Assembly: GCF_009914755.1 (NCBI RefSeq)
Contig: NC_060926.1
Length of the DNA: 64,000 bases
Reading direction: 5' to 3' (one strand)
Source of the DNA: the human T2T-CHM13v2.0 reference genome, Homo sapiens
In this document: piece by piece, positions 51,986 to 64,000 of the stretch
Position numbering within the stretch: the first letter of the stretch is position 1
Layout: every line of letters starts with the position of its first letter
The notes under the pieces: generated by a model
What the model saw: the letters and a program-made list of their open reading frames with translations, nothing else
Database searches by the model: none
What the model was told of the DNA's origin: nothing
Translations under genes and position numbers: made by a program

Positions 51986-54900
51986 TTGAAGTCACAGTGT
52001 TGAACAGTCCCTTTCATAGAGCACGTTTGAAACAATCTTTTTGTAGTATCTGGAAGTGGACATTTGGAGCGTTCTCAGGACTACGGTGAAAAAGGAAATA
52101 TCTTCCAAATAAAGCTAGATAGAAGCAATGTCAGAAAATTTTTCATGATGTATCTACTCAGCTAACAGAGTTGAACCTTTCTTTTGACAGAGCAGTTTTG
52201 AAACACTCTTTTTGTGGAATCTGCAAGTGGATATTTGTCTAGATTTGAGGATTTCGTTGGAAACGGGATTACATATAAAAAGCAGACAGCAGCATTCCCA
52301 GAAACTTCTTTGTGATATTTGCATTCAAGTCACAGACTTGAACATTCCCTTTCATAGAGCAGGTTTGAAACACTCTTTTTGTAGTATCTGGATGTGGACA
52401 TTTGGAGCGCTTTCAGGCCTATGGTGAAAAAGGAAATATCTTCCCCTGAAAACTAGACAGAAGCATTCTCAGAAACTAATTTGTGATGTGCGCCCTCAAC
52501 TAACAGTGTTGAAGCTTTCTTTTGATAGAGCAGATTTGAAACACTCTTTTTGTAAAATCTGCAAGAGGATATTTGGATAGCTTTGAGGATTTCGTTGGAA
52601 ACGGGATTGTCTTCATATACAATCTAGACAGAAGCATTCTCAGAAGCTTCATTGGGATGTTTCAATTGAAGTCACAGTGTTGAACAGTCCCTTTCGTAGA
52701 GCAGGTTTGAAACACTCTTTTTGTAATATCTGGAAGTGGACATTTGGAGCGTTCTCAGGACTATGGTGAAAAAGGAAATATCTTCCAATAAAAGCTAGAT
52801 AGAAGCAATGTCAGAAACTTTTTCATGATGTATCTACTCAGCTAAAAGAGTTGAACCTTTCTTTTGAGAGAGCAGTTTTGAAACACTATTTTTGTGGAAT
52901 CTGCAAGTGGATATTTGTCTAGCTTTGAGGATTTCGTTGGAAACGGGATTACATATAAAAAGCAGACAGCAGCATTCCGAGAAAGCTCTTTGTGAAATTT
53001 GCATTCAAGTCACAGACTTGAACATTCCCTTTCATAGAGCAGGTTTGAAACACTCTTTTTGTAGTATCTGGATGTGGACATTTGGAGCGCTTTCAGGCCT
53101 ATGGTGAAAAAGGAAATATCTTCCCCTGAAAACTAGACAGAAGCATTCTCAGAAACTTATTTGTGATGTGCGCCCTCAACTAACGGTGTTGAAGCTTTCT
53201 TTTGATAGAGCAGTTTTGAAACACTCTTTTTGTAAAATCTGCAAGAGGATATTTGGATAGCTTTGAGGATTTCGTTGGAAACGGGATTGTCTTCATATAG
53301 AATCTAGACAGAAGCATTCTCAGAAGCTTCATTGGGATGTTTCAATTGAAGTCACAGTGTTGAACAGTCCCTTTCATAGAGCAGGTTTGAAACACTCTTT
53401 TTGTAGTATCTGGAGGTGGACATTTGGAGCGTTCTCAGGACTACAGTGGAAAAGGAAATATCTTCCAGTAAAAGCTAGATAGAAACAATGTCAGAAAATT
53501 TTTTATGATGTATCTACTCAGCTAACAGAGTTGAACCTTTCTTTTGAGAGAGCAGTTTTGAAACACTCTTTTTGTGGAATCTGCAAGTGGATATTTGTCT
53601 AGGTTTGAGGATTGCGTTTGAAACGGGATTACATATAAAAAGCAGACAGCAGCATTCCCAGAAACTTCTTTGTGATGTTTGCATTCAAGTCACAGAGTTG
53701 AACATTCCCTTTCATAGAGCAGGTTTGAAACACTCTTTTTGTAGTATCTGGAAGTGGACATTTGGAGCGCTCTCAGGACTACGGTGAAAAAGGAAATATC
53801 TTCCAATAAAAGCTAGATAGAAGCAAAGTCAGAAACTTTTTAATGATCTATCTACTCAGCTAACAGAGTTGAACCTTTCTTTTGAGAGAGCAGTTTTGAA
53901 ACATTCTTTTGGTGGAATCTGCAAGTGGATATTTGTCTAGCTTTGAGGATTGCGTTGGAAACGGGATTACATTTAAAAAGCAGACAGCAGCATTCCCAGA
54001 AACATCTTTGTGATGTTTGCATTCAAGTCACAGAGTTGAACATTCCCTTTCATAGAGCAGGTTGGAAACACTCTTTTTGTAGTATCTGGATGTGGACATT
54101 TGGAGCGCTTTCAGGCCTATGGTGAAAAAGGAAATATCTTCCCCTGAAAACTAGACAGAAGCATTCTCAGAATCTTATTTGTGATGTGCGCACTCAACTA
54201 ACAGTGTTGAAGCTTTCTTTCGATAGAGCAGTTTTGAAACACTCTTTTTGTAAAATCTGCAAGAGGATATTTGGATAGCTTTGAGGATTTCGTTGGAAAC
54301 GGGATTGTCTTCATATAAACTCTAGACAGAAGCATTCTCAGAAGCTTCATTGGGATGTTTCAATTGAAGTCACAGTGTTGAACAGTCCCTTTCATAGAGC
54401 AGGTTTGAAACACTCTTTTTGTAGTATCTGGAAGTGGACATTTGGAGCGCTCTCAGGACTACGGTGAAAAAGGAAATATCTTCCAATAAAAGCTAGATAG
54501 AAGCAATGTCAGAAACATTTTCATGATGCATCTACTCAGCTAATAGAGTTGAACCTTTCTTTTGACAGAGCAGTTTTGAAACACTCTTTTTGTGGAATCT
54601 GCAAGTGGATATTTGTCTAGCTTTGAGGATTTCGTTGGAAACGGGATTACATATAAAAAGCAGATAGCAGCATTACCAGAAAGTTCTTTGTGAAATTTGC
54701 ATTCAAGTCACAGACTTGAACATTTCCTTTCATAGAGCAGGTTTGAAACACTCTTTTTGTAGTATCTGGATGTGGACATTTGGAGCGCTTTCAGGCCTAT
54801 GGTGAAAAAGGAAATATCTTCCCCTGAAAACTAGACAGAATCATTCTCAGAAACTTATTTGTGATGTGCGCCCTCAACTAACAGTGTTGAAGCTTTCTTT

Positions 54901-57900
54901 TGATAGAGCAGTTTTGAAACACTCTTTTTGTAAAATCTGCAAGAGGATATTTGGATAGCTTGGAGGATTTCGTTGGAAACGGGATTGTCTTCATATTAAC
55001 CCTAGACAGTTGCATTCTCAGAAGCTTCATTGGGATGTTTCAATTGAAGTCACAGTGTTGAACAGTCCCTTTCATAGAGCAGGTTTGAAACACTCTTTTT
55101 GTAGCATCTGGAAGTGGACATTTGGAGCGTTCTCAGGACTACGGTGAAAAAGGAAATATCTTCCAATAAAAGCTAGATAGAAGCAATGTCAGAAACTTTT
55201 TCATGATGTATCTACTCAGCTAAAAGAGTTGAACCTTTCTTTTGAGAGAGCAGTTTTGAAACACTATTTTTGTGGAATCTGCAAGTGGATATTTGTCTAG
55301 CTTAGAGGATTTCGTTGGAAACGGGATTACATATAAAAAGCAGACAGCAGCATTCCCAGAAAGTTCTTTGTGAAATTTGCATTCAAGTCACAGACTTGAA
55401 CATTCCCTTTCACAGAGCAGGTTTGAAACACTCTTTTTGTAGTATCTGGATGCGGACATTTGGAGCGCTTTCAGGCCTATGGTGAAAAAGGAAATATCTT
55501 CCCCTGAAAACAAGACAGAAGCATTCTCAGAATCTTATTTGTGATGTGCGCCCTCAACTAACAGTGTTGAAGCTTTCTTTTGATAGAGCAGTTTTGAAAC
55601 ACTCTTTTTGTAAAATCTGCAAGAGGATATTTGGATAGCTTTGAGGATTTCGTTGGAAACGGGATTGTCTTCATATAGAATCTAGACAGAAGCATTCTCA
55701 GAAGCTTCATTGGGATGTTTCAATTGAAGTCACAGTGTTGAACAGTCCCTTTCATAGAGCAGGTTTGAAACACTCTTTTTGTAGTATCTGGAAGTGGACA
55801 TTTGGAGCGCTCTCAGGACTACGGTGAAAAAGGAAATATCTTCCAATAAAAGCTAGATAGAAGCAATGTCAGAAACTTTTTCATGATGTATCTACTCAGC
55901 TAACAGAGTTGAACCTTTGTTTTGAGAGAGCCGTTTTGAAACACTCTTTTTGTGGAATCTGCAAGTGGATATTTGTCTAGCTTTGAGGATTTCGTTGGAA
56001 ACGGGATTACATATAAAAAGCAGACAGCAGCATTCACAGAAACTTGTTTGTGATGTTTGCATTCAAGTCACAGAGTTGAACATTCCCTTTCATAGAGCAG
56101 GTTTGAAACACTCTTTTTGTAGTATCTGGATGTGGACATTTGGAGCGCTTTCAGGCCTATGGTGAAAAAGGAAATATCTTCCCCTGAAAACTAGACAGAA
56201 GCATTCTCAGAAACTTATTTGTGATGCGCGCCCTCAACTAACAGTGTTGAAGCTTTCTTTTGATAGAGCAGTTTTTAAACACTCTTTTTGTAAAATCTGC
56301 AAGAGGATATTTGGATAGCTTTGAGGAATTCGTTGGAAACGGGATTGTCTTCATATTAACCCTAGACAGTAGCATTCTCAGAAGCTTCATTGGGATGTTT
56401 CAATTGAAGTCACAGTGTTGAACAGTCCCTTTCATAGAGCAGGTTTGAAACACTCTTTTTGTAGCATCTGGAAGTGGACATTTGGAGCGTTCTCAGGACT
56501 ACGGTGAAAAAGGAAATATCTTCCAATAAAAGCTAGATAGAAGCAATATCATAAACTTTTTCATGATGTATCTACTCAGCTAAAAGAGTTGAACCTTTCT
56601 TTTGAGAGAGCAGTTTTCAAACACTCTTTTTGTGGAATCTGCAAGTGGATATTTGTCTGGCTTTGAGGATTTCGTTGGAAACGGGATTACATATAAAAAG
56701 CAGACAGCAGCATTCCCAGAAAGTTCTTTGTGAAATTTGCATTCAAGTCACAGACTTGAACATTCCCTTTCATAGAGGAGGTTTGAAACACTCTTTTTGT
56801 AGTATCTGGATGTGGACATTTGGAGCGCTCTCAGGCCTATGGTGAAAAAGGAAATATCTTCCCCTGAAAACTAGACAGAAGCATTCTCAGAATCTTATTT
56901 GTGATGTGCGCCCTCAACTAACAGTGTTGAACCTTTCTTTTGATAGAGCAGTTTTGAAACACTCTTTTTGTAAAATCTGCAAGAGGATATTTGGATAGCT
57001 TTGAGGATTTCGTTGGAAACGGGATTGTCTTCATATAGAATCTAGACAGAAGCATTCTCAGAAGCTTCATTGGGATGTTTCAATTGAAGTCACAGTGTTG
57101 AACAGTCCCTTTCATAGAGCAGGTTTGAAACACTGTTTTTGTAGTATCTGGAAGTGGACATTTGGAGCGTTCTCAGGACTACAGAGAAAAAGGAAATATC
57201 TACCAATAAAAGCTAGATAGAAGCAATGTCAGAAAATTTTTCATGATGTATCTACTCAGCTAACAGAGTTGAACCTTTCTTTTGACAGAGCAGTTTTGAA
57301 ACACTCTTTTTGTGGAATCTGCAAGTGGATATTTGTCTAGCTTTGAGGATTTCGTTGGAAACGGGATTACATATAAAAAGCAGACAGCAGCATTCCCAGA
57401 AACTTCTTTGTGATATTTGCATTCAAGTCACAGACTTGAACATTCCCTTTCATAGAGTAGGTTTGAAACACTCTTTTTGTAGTATCTGGATGTGGACATT
57501 TGCAGCGCTTTCAGGCCTATGGTGAAAAAGGAAATATCTTCCCCTGAAAACTAGACAGAAGCATTCTCAGAAACTTATTTGTGATGTGCGCCCTCAACTA
57601 ACAGTGTTGAAGCTTTCTTTTGATAGAGCAGTTTTGAAACACTCTTTTTGTAAAATCTGCAAGAGGATATTTGGATAGCTTGGAGGATTTCGTTGGAAAC
57701 GGGATTGTCTTCATATTAACCCTAGACAGTTGCATTCTCAGAAGCTTCATTGGGATGTTTCAATTGAAGTCACAGTGTTGAACAGTCCCTTTCATAGAGC
57801 AGGTTTGAAACACTCTTTTTGTAGCATCTGGAAGTGGACATTTGGAGCGTTCTCAGGACTACGGTGAAAAAGGAAATATCTTCCAATAAAAGCTACATAG

Positions 57901-60900
57901 AAGCAATGTCAGAAACTTTTTCATGATGTATCTACTCAGCTAAAAGAGTTGAACCTTTCTTTTGAGAGAGCAGTTTTGAAACACTATTTTTGTGGAATCT
58001 GCAAGTGGATATTTGTCTAGCTTTGAGGATTTCGTTGGAAACGGGATTACATATAAAAAGCAGACAGCAGCATTCCCAGAAAGTTCTTTTTGAAATTTGC
58101 ATTCAAGTCACAGACCTGAACATTCCCTTTCATAGAGCAGGTTTGAAACACTCTTTTTGTAGTATCTGGATGCGGACATTTGGAGCGCTTTCAGGCCTAT
58201 GGTGAAAAAGGAAATATCTTCCCCTGAAAACAAGACAGAAGCATTCTCAGAATCTTATTTGTGATGTGCGCCCTCAACTAACAGTGTTGAAGCTTTCTTT
58301 TGATAGAGCAGTTTTGAAACACTCTTTTTGTAAAATCTGCAAGAGGATATTTGGATAGCTTTGAGGATTTCGTTGGAAACGGGATTGTCTTCATATAGAA
58401 TCTAGACAGAAGCATTCTCAGAAGCTTCATTGGGATGTTTCAATTGAAGTCACAGTGTTGAACAGTCCCTTTCATAGAGCAGGTTTGAAACACTCTTTTT
58501 GTAGTATCTGGAAGTGGACATTTGGAGCGCTCTCAGGACTACGGTGAAAAAGGAAATATCTTCCAATAAAAGCTAGATAGAAGCAATGTCAGAAACTTTT
58601 TCATGATGTATCTACTCAGCTAACAGAGTTGAACCTTTCTTTTGAGAGAGCCGTTTTGAAACACTCTTTTTGTGGAATCTGCAAGTGGATATTTGTCTAG
58701 CTTTGAGGATTTCTTTGGAAACGGGATTATATATAAAAAGCAGACAGCAGCATTCCCAGAAACTTCTTTGTGATGTTTGCATTCAAGTCACAGAGTTGAA
58801 CATTCCCTTTCATAGAGCAGGTTTGAAACACTCTTTTTGTAGTATCTGGATGTGGACATTTGGAGCGCTCTCAGGCCTATGGTGAAAAAGGAAATATCTT
58901 CCCCTGAAAACTAGACAGAAGCATTCTCAGAAACTTATTTGTGATGTGCGCCCTCAACTAACAGTGTTGAACTTTTCTTTTGATAGAGCAGTTTTGAAAC
59001 ACTCTTTTTGTAAAATCTGCAAGAGGATATTTGGATAGCTTTGAGGATTTCGTTGGAAACGGGATTGTCTTCATATAAAATCTAGACAGAAGCATTCTCA
59101 GAAGCTTCATTGGGATGTTTCAATTGAAGTCACAGTGTTGAACAGTCCCTTTCATAGAGCATGTTTGAAACAATCTTTTTGTAGTATCTGGAAGTGGACA
59201 TTTGGAGCGCTCTCAGGACTACGGTGAAAAAGGAAATATCTTCCAAATAAAGCTAGATAGAAGCAATGTCAGAAAATTTTTCATGATGTATCTATTCAGC
59301 TAACAGAGTTGAACCTTTCTTTTGACAGAGCAGTTTTGAAACACTCTTTTTGTGGAATCTGCAAGTGGATATTTGTCTAGCTTTGAGGATTTCGTTGGAA
59401 ACGGGATTACATATAAAAAGCAGACAGCAGCATTCCCAGAAACTTCTTTGTGATATTTGCATTCAAGTCACAGACTTGAACATTCCCTTTCATAGAGCAG
59501 GTTTGAAACACTCTTTTTGTAGTATCTGGATGTGGACATTTGGAGCGCTTTCCGGCCTATGGTGAAAAAGGAAATATCTTCCCCTGAAAACTAGACAGAA
59601 GCATTCTCAGAAACTTATTTGTGATGTGCGCCCTCAACTAACAGTGTTGAAGCTTTCTTTTGATAGAGCAGTTTTGAAACACTCTTTTTGTAAAATCTGC
59701 AAGAGGATATTTGGATAGCTTTGAGGATTTCGTTGGAAACGGGATTGTCTTCATATACAATCTAGACAGAAGCATTCTCAGAAGCTTCATTGGGATGTTT
59801 CAATTGAAGTTACAGTGTTGAACACTCCCTTTCGTAGAGCAGGTTTGAAACACTCTTTTTGTAATATCTGGAAGTGGACATTTGGAGCGTTCTCAGGACT
59901 ATGGTGAAAAAGGAAATAACTTCCAATAAAAGCTAGATAGAAGCAATGTCAGAAACTTTTTCATGATGTATCTACTCAGCTAACAGAGTTGAACCTTTCT
60001 TTTGAGAGAGCCGTTTTGAAACACTCTTTTTGTGGAATCTGCAAGTGGATATTTGTCTAGCTTTGAGGATTTCGTTGGAAACGGGATTACATATAAAAAG
60101 CAGACAGCAGCATTCCCAGAAACTTCTTTGTGATGTTTGCATTCAAGTCACAGAGTTGAACATTCCCTTTCATAGAGCAGGTTTGAAACACTCTTTTTGT
60201 AGTATCTGGATGTGGACATTTGGAGCGCTTTCAGGCCTATGGTGAAAAAGGAAATATCTTCCCCTGAAAACTAGACAGAAGCATTCTCAGAAACTTATTT
60301 GTAATGTGCGCCCTCAACTAACAGTGTTAAACCTTTCTTTTGATAGAGTAGTTTTGAAACACTCTTTGTAAAATCTGCAAGAGGATATTTTGATAGCTTT
60401 GAGGATTTCTTTGGAAACGGGATTGTCTTCATATAAAATCTAGACAAAAGCATTCTCAGAAGCTTCATTGGGATGTTTCAATTGAAGTCACAGTGTTGAA
60501 CAGTCCCTTTCATAGAGCATGTTTGAAACACTCTTTTTGTAGTATCTGGAAGTTGACATTTGGAGCGTTTTCAGGACTACGGTGAAAAAGGAAATATCTT
60601 CCAAATAAAGCTAGATAGAAGCAATGTCAGAAAATTTTTCATGATGTATCTACTTAGCTAACAGAATTTAACCTTTCTTTTGAGAGAGAAGTTTTGAAAC
60701 ACTCTTTTTGTGGAATCTGCAAGTGGATATTTGTCTAGGTTTGAGGATTTCGTTGGAAACCGGATTACATATGAAAAGCAGACAGCAGCATTCCCAGAAA
60801 CTTCTTTGTGATGTTTGCATTCAAGTCACAGAGTTGAACATTCCCTTTCATAGAGCAGGTTTGAAACACTCTTTTTGTAGTATCTGGATGTGGACATTTG

Positions 60901-63900
60901 GAGCGCTTTCAGGCCTATGGTGAAAAAGGAAATATCTTCCCCTGAAAACTAGACAGAAGCATTCTCAGAAACTTATTTGTGATGTGCACCCTCAACTAAC
61001 AGTGTTGAAGCTTTCTTTTGACAGAGCAGTTTGAAACACTCTTTTTGTAAAATCTGCAAGAGGATATTTGGATTGCTTTGAGGATTTCGGAGGAAATGGG
61101 ATTGTCTTCATATAAACTCTAGACAGTAGCATTCTCAGAAGCTTCATTGGGATGTTTCAATTGAAGTCACAGTGTTGAACAGTCCGTTTCATAGAGCAGG
61201 TTTGAAACACTCTTTTTGTAGTATCTGGAAGTGGACATTTGGAGCGCTCTCAGGACTACGGTGAAAAAGGAAATATCTTCCAATAAAAGCTAGATAGAAG
61301 CAATGTCAGAAACTTTTTCATGATGTATCTACTCAGCTAACAGAGTTGAACCTTTTTTTTGAGAGAGCAGTTTTGAAACACTCTTTTTGTTCGATCTGCA
61401 GGTGGATATTTGTCTAGGTTTGAGGATTTCGTTGGAAACGGGATTACATATAAAAAACAGACAGCAGCATTCCCAGAAACTTCTTTGTGATGTTTGCATT
61501 CAAGTCACAGAGTTGAACATTTCCTTTCATAGAGCAGGTTTGAAACACTATTTTTGTAGTATCTGGATGTGGACATTTGGAGCGCTCTCAGGCCTATGGT
61601 GAAAAAGGAAATATCTTCCCCTGCAAACTAGACAGAAGCATTCTCAGAAACTTATTTGTGATGTGGGCCCTCAACTAACAATGTTGAACCTTTCTGTTGA
61701 TAGAGTAGTTTTGAAACACTCTTTTTGTAAAATCTGCAAGAGGATATTTGGATAGCTTTGAGGATTTCGTTGGAAACGGGATTGTCTTCATATTAACCCT
61801 AGACAGTAGCATTCTCAGAAGGTTCATTGGGATGTTTCAATTGAAGTCACAGTGTTGAACAATCACTTTCATAGAGCAGGTTTGAAACACTCTTTTTGTA
61901 GCATCTGGAAGTGGACATTTGGAGCGCTCTCAGGACTACGGTGAAAAAGGAAATATCTTCCAATAAAAGCTAGATAGAAGCAATGTCAGAAACTTTTTCA
62001 TGATGTATCTACTCAGCTAAAAGAGTTGAACCTTTCTTTTCTGAGAGCAGTTTTGAAACACTATTTTTGTGGAATCTGCAAGTGGATATTTGTCTAGCTT
62101 TGAGGATTCCGTTGGAAACGGGATTACATAGAAAAAGCAGACAGCAGCATTCCCAGAAACTTCTTTGTGAAATTTGCATTCAAGTCACAGACTTGAACAT
62201 TCCCTTTCATAGAGCAGGTTTGAAACACTCTTTTTGTAGTATCTGGATGTGGACGTTTGGAGCGCTTTCAGGCCTATGGTGAAAAAGGAAATATCTTCCC
62301 CTGAAAACTAGACAGAAGCATTCTCAGAAACTTATTTGTGATGTGCGCCCTCAACTAACAGTGTTGAACCTTTCTTTTGATAGAGTAGTTTTGAAACACT
62401 CTTTTTGTAAAATCTGCAAGAGGATATTTGGATAGCTTTGAGTATTTCGTTGGAAACGGGATTGTCTTCATATAAACTCTAGACAGTAGCATTCTGAGAA
62501 GCTTCATTGGGATGTTTCAATTGAAGTCACAGTGTTGAACAGTCCCTTTCATAGAGCAGGTTTGAAACACTCTTTTTGTAGCATCTGGAAGTGGACATTT
62601 GGAGCGCTCTCAGGACTACGGTGAAAAAGGAAATATCTTCCAATAAAAGCTAGATAGAAGCAATGTGAGAAACTTTTTCATGATGTATCTACTCAGCTAA
62701 AAGAGTTGAACCTTTCTTTTGAGAGAGCAGTTTTGAAACACTCTTTTTGTGGAATCTGCAAGTGGATATTTGTCTAGCTTTGAGGACTTCTTTGGAAACG
62801 GGATTACATATAAAAAGCAGACAGCAGCATTCCCAGAAACTTCTTTGTGATGTTTGCATTCAAGTCACAGAGTTGAACATTCCCTTTCATAGAGCAGGTT
62901 TGAAACACTCTTTTTGTAGTATCTGGATGTGGACATTTGGAGCGCTCTCAGGCCTATGGTGAAAAAGGAAATATCTTCCCCTGAAAACTAGATAGAAGCA
63001 TTCTGAGAAACTTATTTGTGATGTGCGCCCTCAACTAACAGTGTTGAACTTTTCTTTTGATAGAGCAGTTTTGAAACACTCTTTTTGTAAAATCTGCAAG
63101 AGGATATTTGGATAGCTTTGAGGATTTCGTTGGAAACGGGATTGTCTTCATATAAAATCTAGACAGAAGCATTCTCAGAAGCTTCATTGGGATGTTTCAA
63201 TTGAAGTCACAGTGTTGAACAGTCCCTTTCATAGAGCATGTTTGAAACAATCTTTTTGTAGTATCTGGAAGTGGACATTTGGAGCGCTCTCAGGACTACG
63301 GTGAAAAAGGAAATATCTTCCAAATAAAGCTAGATAGAAGCAATGTCAGAAAATTTTTCATGATGTATCTATTCAGCTAACAGAGTTGAACCTTTCTTTT
63401 GACAGAGCAGTTTTGAAACACTCTTTTTGTGGAATCTGCAAGTGGATATTTGTCTAGCTTTGAGGATTTCGTTGGAAACGGGATTACATATAAAAAGCAG
63501 ACAGCAGCATTCCCAGAAACTTCTTTGTGATATTTGCATTCAAGTCACAGACTTGAACATTCCCTTTCATAGAGCAGGTTTGAAACACTCTTTTTGTAGT
63601 ATCTGGATGTGGACATTTGGAGCGCTTTCAGGCCTATGGTGAAAAAGGAAATATCTTCCCCTGAAAACTAGACAGAAGCATTCTGAGAAACTTATTTGTG
63701 ATGTGCGCCCTCAACTAACAGTGTTGAAGCTTTCTTTTGATAGAGCAGTTTTGAAACACTCTTTTTGTAAAATCTGCAAGAGGATATTTGGATAGCTTTG
63801 AGGATTTCGTTGGAAACGGGATTGTCTTCATATACAATCTAGACAGAAGCATTCTCAGAAGCTTCATTGGGATGTTTCAATTAAAGTCACAGTGTTGAAC

Positions 63901-64000
63901 AGTCCCTATCGTAGAGCAGGTTTGAAACACTCTTTTTGTAATATCTGGAAGTGGAGATTTGGAGCGCTCTCAGGACTACGGTGAAAAAGGAAATATCTTC
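51986..64000 (+). repeat. At least 12-kb block duplication, copy 2
   Basis: Shares rare SNVs with 1-12015 (e.g. EcoRI sites 4341/56326, the TTTCCGGCC variant, the GTGGGCCC variant). Confidence 0.93.
53653..53990 (+). repeat. 338-bp 2-mer HOR variant (copy 4)
   Basis: Same hybrid monomer and markers; offset 51985 from copy 1. Confidence 0.92.

Larger units (their letters stand above)
42318..55265 (+). repeat. Tandem duplication of 9 HORs plus one 2-mer (38 monomers), period 6457 bp
   Basis: ORF variants 42356/48813 through 47468/53925 are all offset by 6457. Flanking mismatches at 42317 T/48774 G and 48809 C/55266 A. Confidence 0.92.
1..64000 (+). repeat. Centromeric alpha satellite array, 680-bp 4-mer HOR (~94 copies, ~376 monomers), dimeric A/B type; most likely human chr2 D2Z1 (SF2)
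   Basis: ~171-bp monomers with alphoid hallmarks (CATTCTCAGAAAC, GAAACACTCTTTTTGT, TTTCGTTGGAAACGGGA). ORF-track starts recur every 680 bp. One XbaI site (TCTAGA, e.g. 638-643) in most HORs. Alpha satellite is certain; the D2Z1 assignment rests on the known 680-bp XbaI 4-mer of chr2 and recalled sequence (about 0.85). Confidence 0.98.

Noticed and set aside
227-63642. ~90 near-identical 66-71 aa plus-strand ORFs (MWNLQVDICL...)
   Set aside because: They start at TTG/GTG rather than ATG, recur once per HOR and are freely broken by stops (units at ~2605, 3285, 48133, 54590, 55270). They are chance open frames in satellite DNA, useful only as SNV barcodes.
1-64000. CRISPR-like regularly spaced short motifs
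   Set aside because: The sequence between motifs is itself repeated, so there are no unique spacers, and there are no cas genes.
1-64000. L1/Alu insertion, inversion, or transition to monomeric/divergent alpha satellite
   Set aside because: The HOR phase is accounted for continuously (680/679/678/677/338-bp steps), CENP-B boxes stay on the + strand, and no poly(A) tail or foreign sequence was seen.
1-64000. Claim that this window is the CENP-A/kinetochore domain
   Set aside because: That domain is defined epigenetically and cannot be determined from sequence; it needs methylation or CENP-A data.

Overview
The whole 64 kb window is uninterrupted, single-orientation primate centromeric alpha satellite. 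It is a 680-bp 4-monomer higher-order repeat (HOR; monomers 171+171+171+167 bp) with about 94 copies. A-type monomers (pJalpha box) alternate with B-type monomers (CENP-B box), as in the dimeric suprachromosomal families. The 680-bp XbaI period and the monomer sequences best match the live human chromosome 2 array D2Z1 (SF2); this assignment is from recall, not from a search. There are no credible genes, RNA genes, transposons or CRISPR arrays, and the ~100 short ORFs are repeat artefacts. I see no new gene system. The structure worth noting comes from using HOR-specific SNVs as barcodes: a 51,985-bp super-period (1-12015 recurs at 51986-64000), nested tandem duplications (2037, 2039, 2717 and 6457 bp), dispersed block copies, a recurrent 338-bp 2-mer HOR variant with a hybrid monomer, chimeric HORs, and amplified clusters of mutated CENP-B boxes. 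All comparisons were made by eye, so breakpoints are intervals and SNV lists may be incomplete.
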